Positions 1-13,670 are shown, numbered from the stretch's first letter. The stretch: DNA of 64,000 nt from Octopus vulgaris (GCA_951406725.2 OX597819.1:68572001-68636000); one strand, 5' to 3'. Numbers and translations: made by a program. The notes: generated from the sequence alone by a model not told the origin.

Positions 1-243
1 TATTTGTAATAATCTATAATATTGAAAAATTCATATATTTGATATTTTATGGCTGTTTAAATATCATATCAAACTATATTTATACACTTTTATTCTGCAT
101 AAAAATCAATTCATTTATATTTTTATTTCAACATTTAGCAAAAATAATTATTTATGGACGCTTTAAATACTTCCATCCAGAATGCTTTTACAGCCATTAT
201 TGCAAGTGAACAAAGTAGCGTGGAGTTAATGTTGATAATAAGG

Positions 244-245
<2 letters not shown>

Positions 246-315
<70 letters not shown>

Positions 316-332
316 CCGATGATGATGATGAC

Positions 333-368
<36 letters not shown>

Positions 369-373
369 GATGA

Positions 374-413
<40 letters not shown>

Positions 414-479
414 GATGACGATGATGATGACAATAATAATAACAATAATAATAACAACAACAGCAACAACGATAATAAC

Positions 480-548
<69 letters not shown>

Positions 549-720
549 GAGGTGGAGGGTGAAAGGGAGAAGGAAAAGCAGGAGGAGGTTAACTAATAAT
601 AACAATAATAATAGTCAGAAATAGACAAATGATGATGATGATGGTGATGATGGTAATGATGATGATGGTGGTGGTGATGATGATCATGATATTAATAATA
701 ATTACAACACCAACAACAAT
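246..720. repeat. Compound trinucleotide microsatellite (AAT)n/(GAT)n/(AAC)n
   Basis: Directly visible; explains the poly-I/poly-M ORFs at 135-834. Confidence 0.97.
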
Positions 721-851
721 GCTAATAATAAAGGTAATAAAGCTAATAATAATAAACAACTTCTCAAAAGCACAAATAGCTGTAATTATGACATGAGGAA
801 CAGGAATATATATACATATATATTGCAAATACATGCGAAACGTAACAGACG

Positions 852-1132
<281 letters not shown>

Positions 1133-1753
1133 CTGTGGTAGTGGTAGAATACATATAACGACAACTACACTTGTGTCTCTGTGTGTGTACATGTGTAAAG
1201 ATAAGGGTTTATAGCAAATATGAAGCATTATGAGCGACTGCTTACACTCAGTTGCATTTCTCTGTAATCTTCAAATAAAAACGTATACGTATGTCTATGT
1301 GTTAGTCTACCTGCTGCAGCGTATTGATGTTCGCCATTGGCGATGTGCCACCATCATTCAAGGTTGAGTAATTTTTATGGAAATAAAAGTGTCGGCCTCC
1401 CTTTGAGATTTCAATCACCCATTGGGTTGTACACTTTCCTCTACTGAGAAATGGTTTCACGCACACTGACATAAAACAATACAACTTCTAGGTACGTATG
1501 TGTGGAAGTACACATACATACACGTCCGTACAATCATACAAAAAATATGTACTCATGTGTATATATATATATACATTTTTATATATATATATATTAATGA
1601 GTCTATGCAGTTGATTTTAACAGTGGGTTCGGGTTAGTATGTATAGGTGTGCTTATTTAGACCAAGCAATATTTCTACGTATACACATGTTAAAATATAC
1701 ACCTATACGTACCTACATAAGTGTATGTGTGTATATATATATATACATATATA

Positions 1754-1868
<115 letters not shown>

Positions 1869-2546
1869 TTGTATATATGTATATACAGAGATTCTGAGAT
1901 AAACAGGTAGGTTGATTGATTGATTGATAAATACACAGATAGTGTATATGTGCACACACGCATAAATACACGCGCGCCCCCATCTGTGTGTGCATGTGTG
2001 TGCGTGTGCGTGTGCGTGTATGTATACTTCTTCCTACTGCAGACATATTGAAAATGCTGTAGGCAGATATTACAAAGGAGCTATGGAATCGGCTAATTTG
2101 TAGTATAATGTATTTAACGTGGAGTTATTAACAATGATCCTGGGGGAAAATACTTTTGCCTTACATCCACACACACTCACGCACACACATACATGCATAC
2201 ATGCATACATTCATATATACGTGTACCTATTTATTATTATACGTAGAGTGTATAGAGTATGTAAACCTTGATTTTAGCCGAAGGAATGAAGAAGAGAAAA
2301 TTCAATTTATGTTGTGATGTATATGATCTAATTTTAGTGAATTATATATCAGGACTTGCGCTACACACCCAGTTAATGGATAATGCATATACACATACAT
2401 GTATACGTACATACGTGTATAGATACACAAATATATGCATACATACTTAATTATATACATACATACACACATATATATATATATTGATATATTGTCATAT
2501 TATTAATATATATATATATATATATTGATATATTGTCATATTATTA

Positions 2547-2608
<62 letters not shown>

Positions 2609-2610
<2 letters not shown>

Positions 2611-2877
2611 AGGCGCAATGGCCTAGTGGTTAGGGCAGTGGACTCGCGGTCGGAGGATCGCGGTTTCGATTCCCAGACCGGGCGTTGTGTGTGTTTATTG
2701 AGCGAGTGTGTTTATTGAGTCTCCGGCAGGGGGTGGTGATCCCTGCTGTACTCTTTTCCCACTCTGCTCGCTTAGCCAGCGGGGTGGCGTCATTCGAAGG
2801 CTAAAACAATGGGAACGCATTGTGACCAGCGATGTGTAACAACATCTGATGGTCTGGTCGGTCACGTGATCACGTGA
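2609..2877 (+). mobile_element. tRNA(Arg)-like SINE, family B, tail type 1
   Basis: A-box TGGCCTAGTGG and B-box-like GGTTTCGATTCC; ends in CACGTGATCACGTGA; near-identical copies at 18058 and 37562. Confidence 0.9.
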
Positions 2878-2893
2878 TATATATATATATATT

Positions 2894-2934
<41 letters not shown>

Positions 2935-2940
2935 ATATTA

Positions 2941-3343
2941 CTCATTACTCTTTTACTTGTTTCAGTCATTTGACTGCGGCCATGCTAGAGCACCGCCTTT
3001 AGTCGAGCAAATCGACCCCGAGACTTATTCTTTGTAAGTCCAGTATTATTCTATCGTTCTCTTTTGCCGAACCGCTAGATGACTGGGACGTAAACACACC
3101 AGCATCGGTTGTCAAGCAATGCTAGGGGGACTAACACAGACACACAAACACACACATACATATACATATATACATATATACGACACGCTTCTTTCAGTTT
3201 CCGACTACCAAATCCACTCACAAGGCATAGCTCGGGCCGGGGCTATAGCAGAAGACACTTTCCCAAGATGCCACGCAGTGGGACTGAACCCGGAATCATG
3301 TGGTTGGTTAGCAAGCTACGTACCACACAGCCACTCCTGCGCC

Positions 3344-3345
<2 letters not shown>
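2941..3345 (-). mobile_element. tRNA-derived SINE, family A, with internal (TA)/(TG) tract
   Basis: Minus-strand head GGCGCAGGAGTGGCTGTGTGGTA...GGGTTCAGTCCC; tail ...GACTGAAACAAGTAAAAGAGTAA; many copies in the window. Confidence 0.9.
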
Positions 3346-3369
<24 letters not shown>

Positions 3370-3375
<6 letters not shown>

Positions 3376-4174
3376 ATTGAATAGGTGTAGAAATTGATAT
3401 TAATCAATTAAAACCAGTGGCCCAGCATATTAAAAAAATCCGAAGATTAAAATAATTTTTACATTAAAAATTTAAAGGACTGACTAATAAAAGTGGACGG
3501 TCAATATGCTAGATATAGACGTCAAAATCGCTATTTTCCACAAAGGATCTGTTCTCAAGAGAAAACTCAGCACAAATCCAATGTGTAAAAAAATAAGCGA
3601 GACAAATGAAGATATACGAAATATATACGATTACCTATGTACCGATCAGTTTCACTTGTTAATATTCACGTATATGTATACGCGAAAATCTGCAAGCTCG
3701 TCAGCATAGTCTGTCGTATACAAACATAATTTCCAGAACTAGATTCATAACGTTTGACCGGAGTCCCGCATGCATGGAGTTCAACAAATTATACTTATGT
3801 GTATCCTTCAAATGCCTTCACTTTGGCACGTTGAGATCGGAAATCTACCCTACAGTTAATAAACTACAGCAGTCAATTTACCGGTTAGAGAACATTTTTT
3901 TATTATTTAAAATTGAATAAGGGTAGAAATTGATATTAATCAATTAAAACCAGTGGCCCAGCATATTAAAAAAATCCGAAGATTAAAATATTTTTACCTA
4001 CAAAATTTAAAGGACTGACCACTAAAAGTGGACCGTCAATATGCTAGATATAGACGTCAAAATCGCTATTTTCCACGAAGAATGTGTTCTCAAGGAAAAA
4101 CTCAGCACAAAACCAAAGTGTAACAAATAACCAAGACAAATGAAAATATACGAAATAAATACGATTACCTATGT
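3370..4174 (-). mobile_element. Retrozyme-like / non-autonomous Penelope-like element: about 1.5 copies of a 534-nt unit containing a hammerhead ribozyme
   Basis: Direct repeat 3370-3640 vs about 3905-4174 (period 534); intact HHR at the unit junction; no ORF; (TA)-rich flanks. Confidence 0.8.
3635..3709 (-). ncRNA. Type I hammerhead ribozyme, intact core
   Basis: Minus strand: CUAUG CUGACGA GCUUG-[long hairpin]-CAAGU GAA ACUGAUCGGU A CAUAG; helix I CUAUG/CAUAG, helix II GCUUG/CAAGU, near-palindromic helix III, cleavage triplet GUA. Confidence 0.9.
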
Positions 4175-4389
4175 ATGTTTATATGTTTATATATACGAAT
4201 AGAAAAAGTGGGACAAGAACACAACAGCGACAACAAAACAACCAGGCAATTAGATGATACTAAAAGGGACAAAAAGGGGCAATGATTGGTCATTCAGAGT
4301 TTTCTTTCGTCAGTCGAAATGCAGATTACTTTTGCAGTTTCAGCTGGTTATACTCAAGACTGTTCCAATCTGGCCAGAGATCGTGAGAG

Positions 4390-4394
<5 letters not shown>

Positions 4395-4460
<66 letters not shown>
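4395..4460. repeat. (AG)n microsatellite
   Basis: Directly visible. Confidence 0.97.
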
Positions 4461-4464
<4 letters not shown>

Positions 4465-4504
4465 GCATACATGACGTTCATACAAACATACATATATCGC
4501 GGAA

Positions 4505-4888
4505 ATCTGTCGCTTATGACGACAAGGGTTTTCCAGATAATCCGATCAACGGAACGGCCTACTTGCGAAATTAACGTATAAGCCGGTAAGCACTCCACAC
4601 AAACGTGTACCCATAACGTAATTCTCGGGAAATTGCAGCGTGACACAGAGTGTGATAATGTTGACCCATTGAAATACAAGTACAACAGAAATAAAGAGTG
4701 AAAGAAAGTTGTGGTGGAAGAGTACGGTATGGTTCGCCACTACCCTTTGCCGGGGCCTCGTTGAGCTCTAGGTGTTTTCGTTCAATAAACACGCATAATG
4801 CCGAGTCTTGGAATCGAGTCTTGGAATCGAAACCGCGATCATACGACTGCGAGTCCGTTGCCCTAACCACTGGGCCATTGCACTTCCA
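4505..4888 (-). mobile_element. SINE family B head with alternative tail (type 2)
   Basis: Reverse complement of the family B tRNA-like head joined to a tail shared with 40395-40775 and 57850-58140. Confidence 0.85.
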
Positions 4889-5458
4889 CATACATATATA
4901 TATGTTTATATATATGTGTGTGTGAGTGTGTGTATGCGTGTGTGTGTGCGTGCGTATTTGTGTGTGTGCATGTGTTTACGTGTGTGTGTCTCTGTGTCTG
5001 CTTTTGTGAGTGTATATATTGATGCCTCGTGTCTTCATATGATTCCCTATCATCGTGGGCACCGACCGAATGAGTACTACATTTAAAATAAAAGTAGCAC
5101 TCAGGTCGATTTGTTCGTCTAAAGGCAGTGCTACAACATGGCCGCAGTTAAATGACTGAAACAAATAATAGAATAAATTAATATATATATATATAATTAC
5201 ATACATCCATGCATACACACACATATACATACATATGTACGTTCGTACATCCATCCATCCATCCATGCCGACATCCCTACATACATACATCTGAGCTACT
5301 TTCTCGTATACGAGGAAACACAGTGCTCGAAAGAACTATGGAAACGATGCAATGTGAAGCCCTTGCATGACTCTGGAGCCCGGCGAAAATTTTTCCCATT
5401 CCCTTACATATTGCACAGCTGTGCTGGCTGGCAGAAGGAACAGGTGCCACAGTATGAA

Positions 5459-5662
5459 CTATTTTGAGATGCCTTTAACTGAGAGGCACACCTTTCCACA
5501 CGTTGCACATGTTCTGCTGTGTAAAATAGCCATAACACAAGTTACCATGAGTCGATTCCAATGACTTCGTTGCTGACTGACCAGGCCCGTACCACTCAAG
5601 CGCCTCCTCTCACAAACCACACACACAAAATGCAACACCCTCTCATTTTTCCACTGGTCCAT
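5459..5662 (-). pseudogene. LINE ORF2 C-terminal C2H2-like zinc-finger remnant (RTE/RTE-X-like)
   Basis: FVCVVCERRRLSGTGLVSQQRSH and TCATCGKVCLS resemble RTE-type C-terminal fingers. Confidence 0.55.
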
Positions 5663-6427
5663 TCCTGCTAAACCTTCTTATCTTCTAATGAATACATGCA
5701 TACATGCATATTTCTCAAATGTTTTCGGTACACTTCAAACAATACCAACATTTTTCATCGCGTTTATTATATATTCATGCACCTTTTAACACAAAATCAG
5801 GGACATAATGTTACGGTTTCTATTTCTCTATTCACAAATTCGAATGTATACGGAACTTTACACAGTTCCAAATAACGTTTGTGGAGTACAATCTGGCTCC
5901 CGGTAGTTTTTTCTTTTTATTTCTGACATGAATAATTATATGCTTTACTTAGCTGTACTTAAATATATCAGTCATTGCTCTGTCCTCTGCCCCACTACCA
6001 TCATTCACTTCATCAAATTTATCTAACTGGCAAATAAACTAAGTGACTGTTTCTGTCTAGCTTATTGTGTGATTAAATCTTTGATTGATTGTCTGAAGTG
6101 ATATCTCATAATATACTGTAGCTCCTGACTGGAAAAAATATATTTATCTTTCAGTAATCGGAATATATAATTGTTGCTTTTTGAGAAGTTTGAAATATTG
6201 CTTTCATTATATTTTGATATATATGCTCTTTATGCCCTCAGTTGCTCGCATAAAAAATAAATCAGTTTCAGATTTGGAGCATTATCTTTCTGTGATGGGT
6301 AAAAGTTACTAAAATCTAAATTGTAAAGATTATATACAAAACTCACAAAGAAAAATCATTTCCCATATATACTAGTTTAAAACATATAATAATGTTATAT
6401 ACTTCTAATATAATACAAGAATATATG

Positions 6428-6487
<60 letters not shown>

Positions 6488-7749
6488 CGCAGTAGAGCGA
6501 AGCAACATTGATATACATTTATACCATATTTTGATTTCGAAATGCAATTTCATTGCTGTTGAACATGCAACGCTCATGAAAAGTATTTTAATAGCACCCT
6601 CTGTTGGATGTATACAGATACTTCTGACTTGTTATACCATCATCAGGAATAGATGGCAAAGGAAGTAACTCTGAGTTGAGTTACTGATTTGTGCTCAAAG
6701 TTCAAATATAGAGAACAGATGTATAAAAACATACATATACATTTACATTTACAACTATAGGTGTAAATAAAGGTACCGATATATAGTCTTGTTTAATTTC
6801 TTTAAATTATCAGAAACTTTGAAGGTTTGTATATGTCGTCACATTCTTCTAGTGTACAATTTTCCAAACGTTCTTACTTGACTGAAATCTGAGGGAAATT
6901 TTCTTGTTGCTTCAAGGAAATGTTGTGAATTCACTGAGGTTCGTGCACAGGCCCGATAAGCAGGTGCCATGATAACTAAAGTAAGCATAGAAATAGCCAG
7001 AACTACAACAAAATTCATTAGGAATCAAATAATTGTAATGACAATAGCTATTAATGAAATTAAGGGTCACGCATCTTACAGAGGTTCATCCATTGACCTA
7101 CAAAATGATTGCTATCTACTATGCTTATTTACCAACATATTTAGGAGTATTTGTTCGTAATAGCTGTGATATTCTGAGTTGCGCTACGCTATTTTTCTTG
7201 TATAGATAGAGAGATATATCCCTTGCCGGACATTGCTAACAATGCATAATAGGAACTAGAGGTGTATAAACAGAGGTCTTCTGCAATGCGTGGGGGGGGG
7301 TTTAGTTTTATCTATAGGTTCCCTGTGGTACAGCAGCAGTTGATATCGTGACGATATTACTAATAGCAGTCTATTAGATTATTACTCTTGGATATGAACC
7401 CGTACCTACCAGCTAAGAAGACATTCCCATAGATTATTCATTTTCTAGGAATGATGTTAGAGAATAACTTCAAGATTTGAATTAACTATTTGCGTGTTTG
7501 CCGATAGATCATCAGTTATCCATTGTCCATAATGCAATCAGCAAGAAAACAATTAATCGTTGCTTATTGATATCCACTTTCAAGGAATATAAACATCGTC
7601 AACTCAAATCCTGCAGTTGCTTTGGACATCTGGAAGTTTCATCTCACCTGAGCCTCATTATATAACTTACCGACGTCAAGTTAGGCCTTTCCTTAACGTC
7701 AGAAAGCCATTCTCTTTTAGTTCAGAAAAATGCCATACCTAGTCAGATC

Positions 7750-8180
7750 AGTAAGTATCCAGACTGTTTTCATAGTAACGAAACTAAAGCACGTAGAGTA
7801 AAGCCACTCGGTACAGATTGATCTTGAACACTGTTGTGCATGCGCACTCAGTTTTAACGTTCTGACTCACTTCCTCTGATTACAGCAGTGCTTAGAAGGA
7901 ATGTGTGCAGCGTGTGATTGTCGCATTGACCATGACAGAGAAAGGTGAGTAGAGAAACTTCATCAAATTTTGCCAAATGCTTGGCAACACCTGTTCAGAG
8001 GCATACGCAAAGTTTTCAAAAAGTTTTCATCGTTCTCACCGCAATCGAGATATTGTGCAATTGAAACCTGAACGTCCTTTTGTCCGGCTGAAACCAGTTT
8101 TGGCACAAACTTGGCAGACAAGCGTCTCATACGCAAATCTTCAGTGATAATGGACTGAATCAAACCGTAGCAACTCTGGA
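7750..8180 (-). mobile_element. Internally deleted mariner-like element remnant
   Basis: ORF 7963-8163 SIITEDLRMRRLSAKFVPKLV matches the mariner HTH-linker (WVPHEL-equivalent) region. Confidence 0.75.
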
Positions 8181-8535
8181 CATTCTATGTTGAACCATAA
8201 CTAATCTGGTGATTCTACGATTTCCCCTCAAAGACCAGATACTTATTGATCAGTCTTCGTATTTTTTTCTCATTGTCTGAGATAGTCGTTAGCAGCTTAA
8301 TCCTGAATTATGGAGGATTATTTTGCTTGAAATCTATCCTGAGTTGTTAGCATAGTGAGAAACGTCATACGTCCCTCTTCATCATTAGCACAATTTGGGG
8401 TTAACGAATTACACATTAAGCACGGTAGTTTACACTTTATCAATTGTTAAATAAGGATCAGACACTACTGGATATTTTCGCCCTTCTTTCTTATACAAGA
8501 AGCAGGAGTGGCTGTGTGGTAAGAAGCTTGCTTCC

Positions 8536-10985
8536 GGTTCCGGTCGTGGAGTCGACTTCTTGACACAGAACGGTGAGGACTTGAGCGTTGAGCTCCGTCC
8601 TATAAAGAAAAAAAAAGAACAAAAACAGAGAAGTTTGTCGAGGTAGGTGATTGTTTATTGTGAGCTGGGCATAATTTATTGCGTGCGAAATATTTTTTCA
8701 GTAAATTGTGCCCACCTCTGGGACAATTTCGCCTGCTCTCGGCGGCTGCTGTTTTTGTGCATTGAGAATCTATTGGATTCATTTTTGGTGGGCGTATGAT
8801 CGTCTTCGGTTTACGTTGAGTGAATATTTTTCTCACTTAAGTATGAGAATTATTGCTTGTATTGTGCCTTTTGAAGAACTTTAATAATTGTGAGAACTGC
8901 TGTATGGGGGAGTGTTTTGCCTCCGAAGATTGAACAATTTGTATATCAATTTTTGTGAAAATTGTGTTCCAGTTGTGGCGTTCCGGGTTCAACCTAGGCC
9001 GGGAGTACCGAATGGCCAGAAGATTTTTTTGCTGTGTTCCTGAACTATTGACTTTCTTCTAAACTTTATTTGACTTTCTCCTTTTTGTTTATTGTGACTT
9101 TCTTTTAATTTCTTTTTTCTTCTCGCTTTTTAAGTTTTATTTTGAATATATTTTTAAAAAAAAGAAAGAAAAGAAACATGGCAATGAAAAATGACAAAAT
9201 TTTGGAATAGGAGATTATACCGCCTAAAAAGTGGTTAAAAGACCGTGAAGATAGGACGGTGGTGTTGAGAACCTACTCCAAGGCACTCGACACCATCGCC
9301 CTATTCGAAAAGACGGCAATTGAAAAGGAGTTGGCAGAGTATTTGCCAACAATCAAATTCATTTCCAGGGGTGTCAGATATGCAACGATGTGGTTGCTAT
9401 TTGACACCCCTAAAGAGGCTCGCAAATTTGCTAGTCAACCCCTGGAGGATAAGGAAATTTTATTTCTTTCCACGTATCATGGGAAGAGGTTGACGAAAGC
9501 TTGGATCTGCGGGCTACCACCCGGGATAAAACCCGAGTGGATAGAGGAGACTATCCGCCGAGGTCTGGGTGGCAGCCGGACCAAGCTCCTTAATGTGAAA
9601 GTTCTTCCTGCGGCTGTTTGGGTTGGGTCAAAAGCAATTTTGACCCTTTAGACCGAATCAGCCAATCTGGTTTTTCCAGATTTTTTGAAAATGGCCGGGT
9701 GCAGGTACCCGGTGATACTTGAGGGTCGCCCCCCCCCCAGGTGTCATCAGTGCCTGGAGTCCGGCCATATAAAGAAAAACTGTCCCCGGGAAAAAATAAG
9801 ATCCCGAAGCAGTTAAGTGAGACCCCTGTAGAAGAGGGAATGAAGAAAACCGGGGAAGCGGAGGACTCCTCAAACAGGGGCCGAAAGAGGAAGAAGGTGA
9901 GCAACGATGGGTGCTCACCAAAGGATCATAGGGATGAGGAGGAAAAGGCGAATCTTCCGGTCACGGAAGAGACGCACTCTCCCTCAGTTGAAAAGAAAAA
10001 AAAGCGGAAGAGGAAGAGAAACGGGGCATTGCCGGCAGTCGGTGACATAGTACCGGAATGTCCCGGAACTACGTCGGTTGGGGTTGTGCCACCGACAGGA
10101 GAAGAAACACCATTGGCGGGAACTGTGCCGCCAATGAAAGAATTGAATATCCCGCCCCCGGGGAAAGACGATATATTGATCTTCTTCCATAGAGGCGGAG
10201 AGATTGAAAAGGTGATGGAAAAGCACCATAAGGGAGCACCTTCAGCCTTCACACAGGACCCCGAATGGCCTCCGCAGATAGCTGTGGAGGCCACGACGTT
10301 CGACGTGACGTTTGAGCTGAAAGAGTTCAATGAGGAATATCGATTATTCCCGGGCAACGCTAACACGGAACTCGATGTGGTTTTGGTAGAGGCGTGGAGG
10401 TTGGCAGAGGATGCGGGCACAAGTTATTTTGAGGATGAGTCATAAATTGTGGCACTGTGTAACACAAACATTTGATAATAGGCACTTCGCTTTCTTTCTG
10501 AACTCCCCGGCTGTCAACGTGGTCTGCTCTGCAGGCGGCTAGATATTTGACTGGAGGTCCGGAAAGAGGAAGAAGGGAGAAGTGATAATGTATCTTTGAT
10601 GTTTGATAGGACATGTTTAGATACGACTTGAGGAGCTCCGACCTAGAGCTGGCGCATTCCTAAGGGAAGTGTAAGCCATGTCTGGGAGGAGGGGCTTTGT
10701 GTATTGTATTTATATTATATGTAATTATTGAACTATGTTGTTGTTTGTCATGGACTGTTAAGTCCAAAATTGAAAAGTTGTGAAAGTTGTAAGAAGTTTA
10801 ATACCTCGTTTTGTGTTTGGTTTTAAAGAACAATGTTTTAGAGAAGCAGAAGTCGGCAGGCGCCTTTTGTCTTCTACCATCCTTATCATCTTTCTTTCAT
10901 TATCATTCATTTCATTAATGTCCTCGTCCAGCCCGTAAAGCTACTTTACTCTATGTACTGCCTCCATGGCAAATGTAATGAAATA
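8536..10985 (+). mobile_element. ORF1-only Tx1/L1-like non-LTR element inserted into a family A SINE
   Basis: 15-bp target-site duplication AAGAAGCTTGCTTCC at 8521-8535 and 10986-11000; SINE head upstream and SINE body resumes downstream; gag-like ORF1 inside. Confidence 0.85.
9178..10445 (+). pseudogene. Disrupted LINE ORF1 (RRM-like region + CCHC zinc knuckle + low-complexity tail)
   Basis: ATG 9178; in-frame TAG at 9208 and 9649; CHQCLESGHIKKNC at 9742-9783 in the same frame; frameshift into ORF 9741-10445. Confidence 0.8.
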
Positions 10986-11159
10986 AAGAAGCTTGCTTCC
11001 CAGCCACGGGCAAATGTCTCCTACTATAGATTGTCTTTGCAAGCACCTTCTGTGCATCTTAATTCTGTAGACTACACTTCAAGTTCTACAGTTAATGCCA
11101 GGGTTAATCCTACATACTATGCATTTATTATTTGTGCATGTGGTATTCTCAGAGGGGTA

Positions 11160-11520
11160 TGTCCTACATAGCTGTGATATGATGGAGCTCCCTGGATAAA
11201 GTTTGCTTGGCCACCTGCCATTTTCAAGAAAGCTCTGGAAAAGAATCTACAGTGATTTCGCCAGGGCACGCTTACACGATTTGAGGAGGATTGCTGAGAA
11301 ACCATCAGGACCAGCAGTTGAGTTTTCGTCGACTATGGCTAGTAGTATATCTTCTTCACTAATGTCGATGTAAACCATCGTTACTGCCTCACTGATTGTA
11401 GGTGAGGCGGCAAAGAAACCTACTGGTTCGTTTACCTGTCTGTGTTCCAGCGGGGTAGTAAAGGCACTTTTAAACAGGTCATTCAGTACTTCACTGATCT
11501 TGGCTGGAGTTTCTGTTGGA
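11160..11520 (-). pseudogene. CR1/L2-group LINE ORF2 fragment (EN-RT linker to RT start)
   Basis: ISEVLNDLFKSAFT...DISEEDILLAI...AGPDGFSAILLKSCKRALAKSL. Confidence 0.85.
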
Positions 11521-12645
11521 CTATATATATTTGTATGAATAGTCACAATATTTATATATTTGTTGTGCAAGATTTTTTATGTCACAATATTGTTAAATTC
11601 TGTTTTGTAAATGTGAATGGGATCTGACATGTATCGTTCATCTTATTAATATAAACCCCTTCTGCTAATATCTTAGCATAACACAATCCCTGCTTTAAAG
11701 TTTTATAAAATTCTTGTTAGTGTTGTTAATGGATGTAATAAACCTAACACAAAGTAAAAAGCTATTAATAACAGCTCCAATAGATTTTATTTATTTAGTA
11801 TTTGTTTAATTTTGCAAAAAAAATTTTAAAATGGAAAGGGCAGTCTGCAAAGGCAAATGTCAATACCAAAAATGAACGAGAATAAGGAAAATAAATTATA
11901 ATAAAATAAAATAAAATAAAATAAAATAACTATATGGATATTCTTTAAGAAAAACGGGAAAAATGTAAACAATACTAAATACACAATCTCTTTTACGAGC
12001 TTGCAATTCCACAACAACTATAGCAACTACAAATAGCCACATCAGCAATGGCAGAAGCAGTAGCAGCGATATTATGAAAAATAAAATATTAACAAAACCA
12101 ACAACACCTAGCAGTGGCGCCATCTATACCTTGTACATTCTATTTTCAGAAATATAAGTTTTTTTTTTAGCTCTTTTCTTTCTTACTGCTTTGTTGAATT
12201 ACTTTAGTCTTGTGTTTGAAATCACCTGCTTTTTTTCTTTAATTTTTCTGGCATTATTATTATCGGAGCTGACAACACCGTATGTTTCGGAAGGAGAAGT
12301 GAATAAAAAATTTAAAAAAAAGGAAACTAGAGAAAAACAAAAAAGACAGTAAATTAAAATAAGCGTGCAAACAATACCGGAAGACGGATAAAAACAATTA
12401 CAAATCAAAACAGAAAAGTAAAATAAATTATTGTGGAAGTGGGTGGTGGGGAGGTCTGTTGAAAAATAATGAAAGTTCATGTGAAGACACAACACAATTT
12501 ATACAAAACTGAAATGTAGAGGGGATGAAATAAAATAAAATAAAATGAACATATAAGGCATACACACGTGAATATGGATGTATGTAGACATAAGACACAC
12601 ACACATATGTACGTATCTATCATTATATCTGCATATATATATATG

Positions 12646-12691
<46 letters not shown>

Positions 12692-12751
12692 TGTATAAAT
12701 ATAGACATATATATATATATATATGTGTGTGCGTGTATATATATGTATATG

Positions 12752-12790
<39 letters not shown>

Positions 12791-12806
12791 GTATATATAT
12801 GTATAT

Positions 12807-12859
<53 letters not shown>

Positions 12860-12938
12860 GCTGGAGCATAGTCTTTAGTCGAAGAAATCGACACCACGAC
12901 TTATTCTGTGTAAAACTAATACCGTTGCTATCGGGGAC

Positions 12939-13005
<67 letters not shown>

Positions 13006-13009
<4 letters not shown>

Positions 13010-13670
13010 AAATAGGAAAATGGAGAAATACATCGAAATCAAATATCAATTACCAGATAATACTCAATCACATACTTTATTAAACCACCACATTAGAAAC
13101 TATAATGTTCTATAAATTAGCTCTTTGGTGTAGTGGTCCTTAGTAGGGATGGTTACATCCTTCATTGATGAATTGATTAGTATCTTCTCCATTTTACTAG
13201 CAGTAATGATCTTTCAGGAATAAATGTACTATACTTGGGTGTATTCACATACACTATCGATACTTAGAGTAGTGAGTGGATGCTTCAAGTATACAAGTAT
13301 GAGCAATTCAGATTCCTCAGAAAGTTAACTATAGTTACAAATTGAGATAGGGGTTGTAAATGCAACCCTCCATGGGATAACATATATCCAATATACTGCC
13401 AGTGAAGTACCCAACAAAGTTAATAGATAAATGTTAAGAATTGCGATGCAATTATTTCATTTACTGTATTATATGGACAAAGGTAAAGTAATTTACCACA
13501 AATTCATAATACAAAATAAGAAAATGGAGAAATACATCGGAATCAAATATCAATTACCAGATAATACTCAATCACATACTTATGTATTAACTTTGTTGGG
13601 TACTTCACTGGCAGTATATTGGATATATGTTATCCCATGGAGGGTTGCATTTACAACTCCTATCTCAATT

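Noticed and set aside
2609-2685. tRNA-like sequences (also 17185, 18058, 27605, 32125, 37562)
   Set aside because: They have A/B boxes but no complete acceptor stem and are embedded in repeat bodies, so they are SINE heads rather than tRNA genes
4295-4320. CUGACGA-AAGA..UCU-GAAU on minus strand
   Set aside because: No GAAA-N..UH or helix I; at most a remnant
6830-7700. Hydrophobic, transmembrane-like translation on minus strand (LISLIAIVITII*FLMNFVVVLAISMLTLVIMAPAY)
   Set aside because: Multiple stops and no recognisable family; cannot support a pseudogene call without a homology search
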